A program made the position numbers and the translations under genes. DNA of 60,000 nt from Camelus ferus (Eukaryota): assembly GCF_009834535.1 (NCBI RefSeq), contig NC_045697.1, positions 91,080,001-91,140,000 on the forward strand. Reading direction: 5' to 3'. Shown in pieces: positions 53,209 through 60,000 of this stretch (positions within the stretch are counted from its first letter, which is position 1; each line of letters starts with the position of its first letter). Below the pieces are notes generated by a model. The model made no database searches. It was not told the origin of the DNA and saw only the letters and a list, made by a program, of their open reading frames with translations.

Positions 53209-53759
53209 TGTAGGGGTTCAGAACAGGTCTCTCCCCAGTATGCCACTTTGGCATGTGGACTGTTTTGAGCTGAAGGCAATCCAGACCCAGCAGATTAAAA
53301 AAAAATGTTTACCACTCCCTTAACTGCCTAAAAGAATTTATGTAGAGGGCCTGGTTCCGGAAGAGAACTCTCACCACAGATAACTACAAAGAACATGGGC
53401 TGGGTGTGGTAAGCTGGTGGAGAGTGTGGCTGGGCCCAGAGATCAAATTCCTCCCTGTGTCCCATTGTCTCTGCATGGTGTAGGGTGCAGACATTTGTAC
53501 CAGACATTTGCTCTTGCCATCTTCCTAGGAACTGTCTTTTCCCCCTTTGAAGTCCCAGATCCCTATGCCCTTCTCCTTAGCTCGAAATGGCATACAAGTC
53601 TCAATTGTCTAACTGCTTGTGGGTCTCATATTCTAATGGGGCTCTTGTACATAAGGAATTAAATTTGTCTTTCTCTTGTTAATCTATCCTATGTTAATTT
53701 GGTTATTAGACCAACCAAAGAATCAAGAAGGGTAGAGGGAAAATGTTTCTTTCCCTACA
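53209..53759 (+). mobile_element. MER34/MER39-like ERV1 solo LTR
   Basis: tgtaggggttcagaac...tatgccactttggcat...ttccctaca, 551 bp; 4-bp TSD ttgg (53205-53208 and 53760-53763). Confidence 0.88.
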
Positions 53760-54365
53760 TTGGCAATTATATTTAGTGCAGAGATTTTTAAAGTGTTCGT
53801 CAGCCCTTCAAAATAATTTAATCAGCTGCTTTGTACATTGCAGCTATTTTAGGTCATTTCAGAGATGGTTTCAGGGTCCCTCCACCTTTCACCCTCTTGA
53901 GAATGAATCAATCCTGGAAAATGAAAACACCGAGTGAGCTCCACATGGGAAAGAGCTGCAGCTTTTACTTGATGTGGAAGGGACAATCAAGTGAGAAATA
54001 AATCCATTAGATGGGAAGGAAAAAACCCCATCAAGTGCTGGAATCATAGAAACTCTCTCTGGGAGGAGGACTGATCATTTCTGATGAAAGCCCATTTCGT
54101 TTATTTAGCCAAGAGTGACAGAGTGTGTCTGTGTGTGAGGCATTTGGTGGAGGCTCTGTGAAAACTAGGTTAAGGACTGAATCAAAATCTCTTCCAATTA
54201 CACGAAGGAGGAAGCTTAGAATGCAAATAACTGTAAAGCTCTTGCTTGTTGTGACTAAAAGTCCCCCACATGGTAAGGCCTGAATCAGCTTTCATTTCAT
54301 CACCAAGGGGAAGAACGAAGCTACCAGGCACAATTACAGTCAAGTTTTTAAGAGGAACAAAAAGT

Positions 54366-54380
54366 GGGGGGGGGGGGGGG
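54366..54380 (+). repeat. G15 homopolymer
   Basis: Directly visible. Confidence 0.95.
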
Positions 54381-55067
54381 TGTGAAATCACTCAATGCTT
54401 GTTTAGAGCTTGCTCTAACCACCCCAGTCCTGAGAAATAGTGTTCTCAAATGTCGAGGGAAGTGGTTCTTAGCTAATAAAAAACCCTCAGCTTTTAAAGG
54501 GACCATTATTTTCCATGGAGACACAGATGTAGACAATATATTACCTGATTTACCTATAGGCAGGCTGATATCAAGCTGATATTCACTGTTGTAGCTGTAC
54601 CAATTGTTAAAAAAGTTGAAATAGTTTCATATCTGTTGGAAAATAGCCACAGTTCAGGGTTCCCTGAGAGCCCCTCTCCACTGTCCACACTTCCTGGCTC
54701 CTCAGACCTCTAGACAACACAGCAGTTAAAGGGTTAATATCAGACAGTCCTGGAGCTTCCAACCCTGTCCAGCCATAAGCTACCTCAGAGGTCTTTCTCT
54801 GTGGTAATACCTGTGAAGGGGGAGAAGTAGCCTAGTTTGGGAAAGTAGGCTGAGGGACCCCATCCGTGGTCCTCTCCTCTCTATCTTTTCTCTGACCCCC
54901 ACTTCTCCAAAGCTACTTCTCTTGTAATTGCTCATTCTTTGGCAATTTCTCATTAAAGTCATATTCTTAGGCAATAAAGGGTCAGTAATTAAATGTAGAT
55001 GTTTTGTCATTAGATTAATCTCTGATTCTGTCAGTCCTAAATATCCAATGGCTTACTACTGCTCTCT

Positions 55068-55545
55068 GATTCACTCACTCACTCTCTCACTCATTCCACA
55101 AACATCTATGGAATGCCTGCTACATGCCAGGCACTGTGCTTACCAGTAAGACTCCATCCTCAGCCTAAAATAAAGCTCACGGTCTGGCATGACCAACCCA
55201 TAAATAGATAATTTCGGTGCAGTAATACAGCTATGCGAGAGTATGACAGGAATATATAGAGTCTTACGGGGCTACCAGCAAAGGTAGCCCCAGGTGAGTC
55301 AAGGAAGACTTCCTGGAAGAGGTGATTTGAGCCCAGTCTTAGTGGAAGAATGAAAGTTAGCTGGATGGGGATAGGGAGTGGAGGACATTTTGGGCAAAGA
55401 GGACATTATGAACAAGGTGAGAAACAGATGGTATGTGTAGGCAAGAGTGTAAAGCGTGAGACTGAGGTTAGTAAGAAGTGAGATCTGAGAGGAAGGTGGA
55501 GTCAAGAACTGCTAAGGAGCTGAGATTTGATTCTATAAGTTAGAG
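55068..55545 (-). mobile_element. L2 3' fragment
   Basis: cattccacaaacatctatggaatgcctgctacatgccaggcactgtgct; gtcaaggaagacttcctggaagaggtga. Confidence 0.8.
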
Positions 55546-56059
55546 GCTTTGTGACTCACCAGGTGTACCCAAATAATGTGTTACTAATAATAAAGTGTTA
55601 GGTTTGTGATGGCTTTACTCCTTAAAAGACTTAAATTAGAGCAAATTCAAGGTTATCACTCTGATATGGTGACTCTCTCCCACTGGCATTCCATATGCTT
55701 TCTTGAGAGAGAGAGAAAGAGAAGGATCGAGCTCGGGCTAGGAGCCAGGGCTTGAGAGTAACTCTCTGCTCACCTCATCCAAACAGCAGGCTAGTGGCAT
55801 GGCATTAACAAATTGCCTCTGCACTTAACCTTCTCACCAGGATTTTGGGTTTCATCAAATATGGGTTCACCCAGAGGACGGCACTTCCATGTGTGTATAT
55901 TACCCATCTTGTTGGTCATGAGAGGACCATGGCCACGAAGAAGGCAAAGCCCTGGGAAGGTTTTCATGCTCTGGGCTCATGTGCAGTTTATGGCAATTAC
56001 TCTGGCTTCGTAGAGCAGGGATTGGGCATCCTGTGGGCAAGGAAGTGTCAGCCACACAC

Positions 56060-56900
56060 TCCCAACAGTCGGTATTTTTCAAATAAATTACATATGTTTA
56101 TTGCTGCACTGATATATTCTGCCTGTGTAAAAATATCCTCCAAAATGGAAATTGTAAAAGGATACGATAAAAATGAAATGAAAACATTTAAAATAATTTT
56201 AATTTTACTTACTTATTTAAAAAACCGTCGTGATTGAATGTGTCTGTTTCTTAAAATCTTAGTTTCTACTTGTGATACTATGATTTGTAGTTTATTTCGG
56301 TTTTTGGTTTTAATGGCTGATACAGTGGAAAAGGCCTCATAAAGCGATGTTGCCTCCAATGGAAGTACACTTCCTAAGTCATGAGACTCAGTTCTCATTC
56401 TATCTAGTAATTTTGCAATCGTTTTTGTTGAAATTCAAGTCAGTAAGTTGCCTTTATCCTTAGTATCAATCAGTTGTTCTTGTAAGCTAATTGGCAAAGG
56501 TACATATTTTTCATACTGTTAACAAATAGTTTCAATTTTTAAACCTCTGTCCCAAAATTTTAAAAATAGATTAGTGAATTCTGTATCCCAAATCTTTAAA
56601 GTATTCTAATACAAATGTTTGTACACATGATGCCTTTATATCATTTTTGGCAATAAAATCACAAGTGATGGAAACATTTCCAAACATCTATTTTCAAATT
56701 TCTCTGCAGTAGGGGGTTTCTTTTGAAACGTAGTTATTTTCTCATTTTCATTGTCAAAATGTTATTTATCTTTACTTTGAAGGGACTGAATATATGGGTT
56801 TTTTTAATTTGTTTTTATTTTTTGTTTTCAAAAACAACTGGGAGATAGGGTACTGATACCATCAAAGAACAGGGCAGCAAATGTAGGCTATTTGTTTTTT
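56060..56900 (-). mobile_element. Fossil hAT-Charlie transposase C-terminal coding region (frameshifts and stops)
   Basis: Manual minus-strand translation: SLQ.K..ILTM / EKITTFQKK..FENRCLEMFPSL / LQEQLIDTKDKGNLL / LPLEATSLYEAFSTVSAIKTKNRNKL, in the order expected for Charlie/ZBED5-type transposases. Confidence 0.8.
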
Positions 56901-56944
56901 GTTAAAGAAGAAATATGCCTCCTATTTAAGTTTGGCAATTTGAA

Positions 56945-57950
56945 AATTGGCCTGATTGGATGTTGGAATAAGTGAGAGAAAGAAGTCCAGAATGAATTCT
57001 GAGCTTTCCAGCTTGGACAACTGCCTGAACGGGGGTGTCAGCAACTGAGGTGGATGGAGGAGAGGACGGGAGCCAGTTTAGGAAGATGAAGAGACACTGA
57101 GTGGAACTTTGGACTTGCTGAGCTCAGACACTGTCAGGACTTCCTGCTCTTACTTTGTGCCCAATAAACTAAAACCCAAACTCATCCTTGGCTTTATGCC
57201 CCAATTTCCTTTCTTCTGTTCTCCTATCTGTCTGTGGTACCACCATCTCCCAACCACTTAAAACTAAAAGCTTTGGAGCCACATGTGACTCATCCTTTTG
57301 TTTCCACCTATATCCAATGTGTAACGAAGACCTTTCCTCTGTCGTTTGTTCATACTACAGATTTGTTGAGCATCTCCTATGTGCCAGGTACTGATGTAGG
57401 CCTTGAGGTTATGTGTGAAGAAAACAGACAAGGTCTTTGCTCTCATGGAGCTTATATTCTGGCTGAGGAAGACAGATAATAAATATATTCACCTGTAAGT
57501 AAGCAAATGATCAGATATTGGCAAGTGCTAAGAAGAGAATGAAAGCAAATGATGTAATACTGCCTGGCTGGCTGCTGCAGAAGAGCTGTCCGGGAGGTGC
57601 CATTTAGGGTGAGATCTGAAAGTCCATGCACTAGTAGGGGAACAGCTTTCCAGGCAGGAGGGCCCAAGCCCTGGATGAGCTCGATTAGTGCTAGGAACAG
57701 AAGGAAGGCTAGTGTGGCTAGGGCTTGGTGGCAGTGGTGGTAGGGTCACCCTGATAATCATGGCTTTTCCTTAATCTCTTCTCCTCAGTTCCTGAGCTCC
57801 GTCACCTCATATGTGGCCTGTTAGAGGATACCCTTTAATTTCTTCCCACTTTTATGCTTTCCTCCAAATCATTTTGCACATGCATAGCTAATTAGAAATT
57901 AGCTATGAAAATTTTCACATCATTCTGCCATGATAAAAAGCTTTCAGTAG
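56945..57950. mobile_element. L2 fragments in alternating orientation
   Basis: Clearest is 57345-57730 on minus: atttgttgagcatctcctatgtgccaggtactg...ctcatggagcttatattct. Confidence 0.7.
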
Positions 57951-58069
57951 TTGAGTAGCAGGCTGAACTTCGGCGGCCAAAAAGACAGGCACCTGAGGGT
58001 TTTGCTCCCTATGGGATCTCCATAGGAGAGGAAACAGTATCTCTCGAGACCCTCTAATGTCTATCCACT

Positions 58070-58549
58070 TGTATATCAGTTTTCTATTGCTGCTTTAACA
58101 AATTACTGCAAGCCTAGTGGCTTAAAACAACACGAATTTATCCTTTTACAGCTCTGGTGGTCAGAAGTCAGAAATGGGTCTTACTGACATCAGTGTGCTG
58201 GCAGGGCTGTTTTCCTTTCTGGAGGCTCTTTCCTTATCTTCTTTGAGCTTCTGGAAGTCACCCACATTCCTTAGCCTGTGGCCCCTTCCTGCATCTTCGA
58301 AGCCAGCAGAGTAACTTCTTCCAATCTCTCTCTGATTCTGACCCTCACTGTCTTACTTCCCACTCGCACTTATAAGGACCCTGGTGATTACACTGGGCCG
58401 ACCTGGATAACCTGGATAGGATAATCTCTCCATTTCAAGGTTAACTCATTGATAACCTTATTTTTCCCTTATCGTATCATATAATGTATTAATAGGTGTG
58501 AGGTATTAGGACATGGACACCTTTAGGGGTTATTATTCTGCCTCCCACA
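58070..58549 (-). mobile_element. MLT1D-like MaLR solo LTR
   Basis: tattgctgctttaacaaattactgcaagcctagtggcttaaaacaacac...attctgcctcccaca. Confidence 0.88.
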
Positions 58550-59479
58550 CCAAGCTTCTTTGACGTATTAGGATTTATTTGATATCATACCTGTGGCTCA
58601 TGGAGACTTCCTTTAAGTGGAAAATCCACTAAGACTAAGAGAAGGCTTGTTATGGGAATCTGATTGCTTTGGTTCGGTAAACATGGTGAAGCCATGCCCA
58701 GTAGAAGGGCTCCTTTTTCCTGCGAGGTGACTGAATGTGGGATAATGGGAATAGCAGCCTATTGCTATTAATGAAGATCATTGACCGTTAAGGTACTTAC
58801 TTACCCTGACAGTTTATGATCTTCCTGTTTCATTAGATGACATCCAAATGAGAATGCACTATGCAGGGTGATGGAAATAGAGGGAGTCATATTAGACAGC
58901 ACAAGTTCTAACTGCTGGAAAGTGTTACTATTAAGCTATATTTAGTGGGCACTTCTGTCTTCCCCACACTTGGAAATTTATAGGAGGAGAGATACCAGAA
59001 TGTTCCTCAGTGAGATATTCTTTTGTTGTCTTCAACCTCTTAAGTTATGTCTTTGTGCTAAAGAAACTGTTCTTTGGCAGGAAATCCAAGTAAACTTGCA
59101 TAATATTGACCTCAGTTGGATAATGACCATATGTCCTGAATTTATGGAATAGTTGTCATTTCATATCATTTTATTATTCTCAATAAAGAATTAATTCAAC
59201 ATATAACTAAATACAATTTAATTTTATATCTTGGTAAGACTTTTCATACAAATTACTTCACAAACTAGAATCCATTTTAATTTCAGTTTGAGCAAGTGTA
59301 GTCAAATATCTGTCTTCCTAGCAGTGGAATTTTTTGCTTGAATAATTATATTGCTACAAAACATTCCTAGCCATTAGAGCTAGAGACAAACAAAACTTAT
59401 CTCTAGGCTCTTTGTATAAGCAACAAATTGGTATCTGGTAATACATTTACTTTGAAAACAGGTAAAAGAAAGAAATGTT

Positions 59480-59700
59480 AAGAATAATGACATCTAATGT
59501 ATATTAAACATCTGACATAATTTCGGCACTGTGCCAAGTGCTTTACACATAGTTTTGTTTCTATCTTAAAAATGAAAACTCCATGAAGTATATTCTCCTC
59601 GCCTTTATTATAGATGGGGAAGCTGATAATACATTTAATGTGTCCTAATAATGTATAAAGCTCAAAACAGGAGAATTGATATTTGGATTAATTCACTACC
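59480..59700 (-). mobile_element. MIR SINE (degenerate)
   Basis: ggcactgtgccaagtgctttacaca...tatagatggggaagctga. Confidence 0.65.
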
Positions 59701-60000
59701 TCCTAATACTGCTTCAACCGCAGACTTTCTTCCTCTAAGCACTTCATGGAGGACGAGAGCCTTTGGAATTTACGTGGATTTTGAGAGGGGAGGTGGTTGA
59801 AGCGACAGATGGGAAGGCCAGCACAGCCAAGGTGGGATCACAATGGTGTTCTAAAAGGATAGGACCTGGACTGCAGAGAGAACCGATGGGACTTTCTCAC
59901 TGGATCAGGATCCAGAGACCTCCGTGTCTAGAGTCAGAGTTTTTGCTTTGGCTGTGATGAATACCTGGTCAGTCACTCCAGTCTGCCACATTCCAGAAAA

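Noticed and set aside
55845..56237. Longest ORF in the track (130 aa)
   Set aside because: Starts at TTG, has no recognisable homology, and runs antisense into the Charlie remnant

Overview
Mammalian, repeat-rich, CpG-poor non-coding DNA (intergenic or inside a large intron). A tRNA-derived SINE of the vic-1 type (38732-38882) points to a camelid (camel, alpaca or vicuna). I cannot recognise any protein-coding exon, functional RNA gene or CpG island. The ORFs I can recognise in the supplied track are fossils: L1 ORF2 pieces and a hAT-Charlie transposase C-terminus. Much of the window is old eutherian repeats (MIR, L2, L3/CR1, L1M, MaLR/MLT1, MLT2, MER34-like and MER41-like ERV1 LTRs, and MER2/MER46C/MER58B/MER63/MER5 DNA elements), and several are nested with readable target-site duplications (TSDs). 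The most interesting unique sequence is 9.4-11.9 kb. It holds two CpG-retaining segments, each reading ATG, about 30 codons, then a splice donor in the same phase, which may be alternative first exons of a host gene outside the window. I found no convincing new biological system. Repeat family names come from recalled consensus sequences, not a database search, and boundaries of old repeats are approximate.
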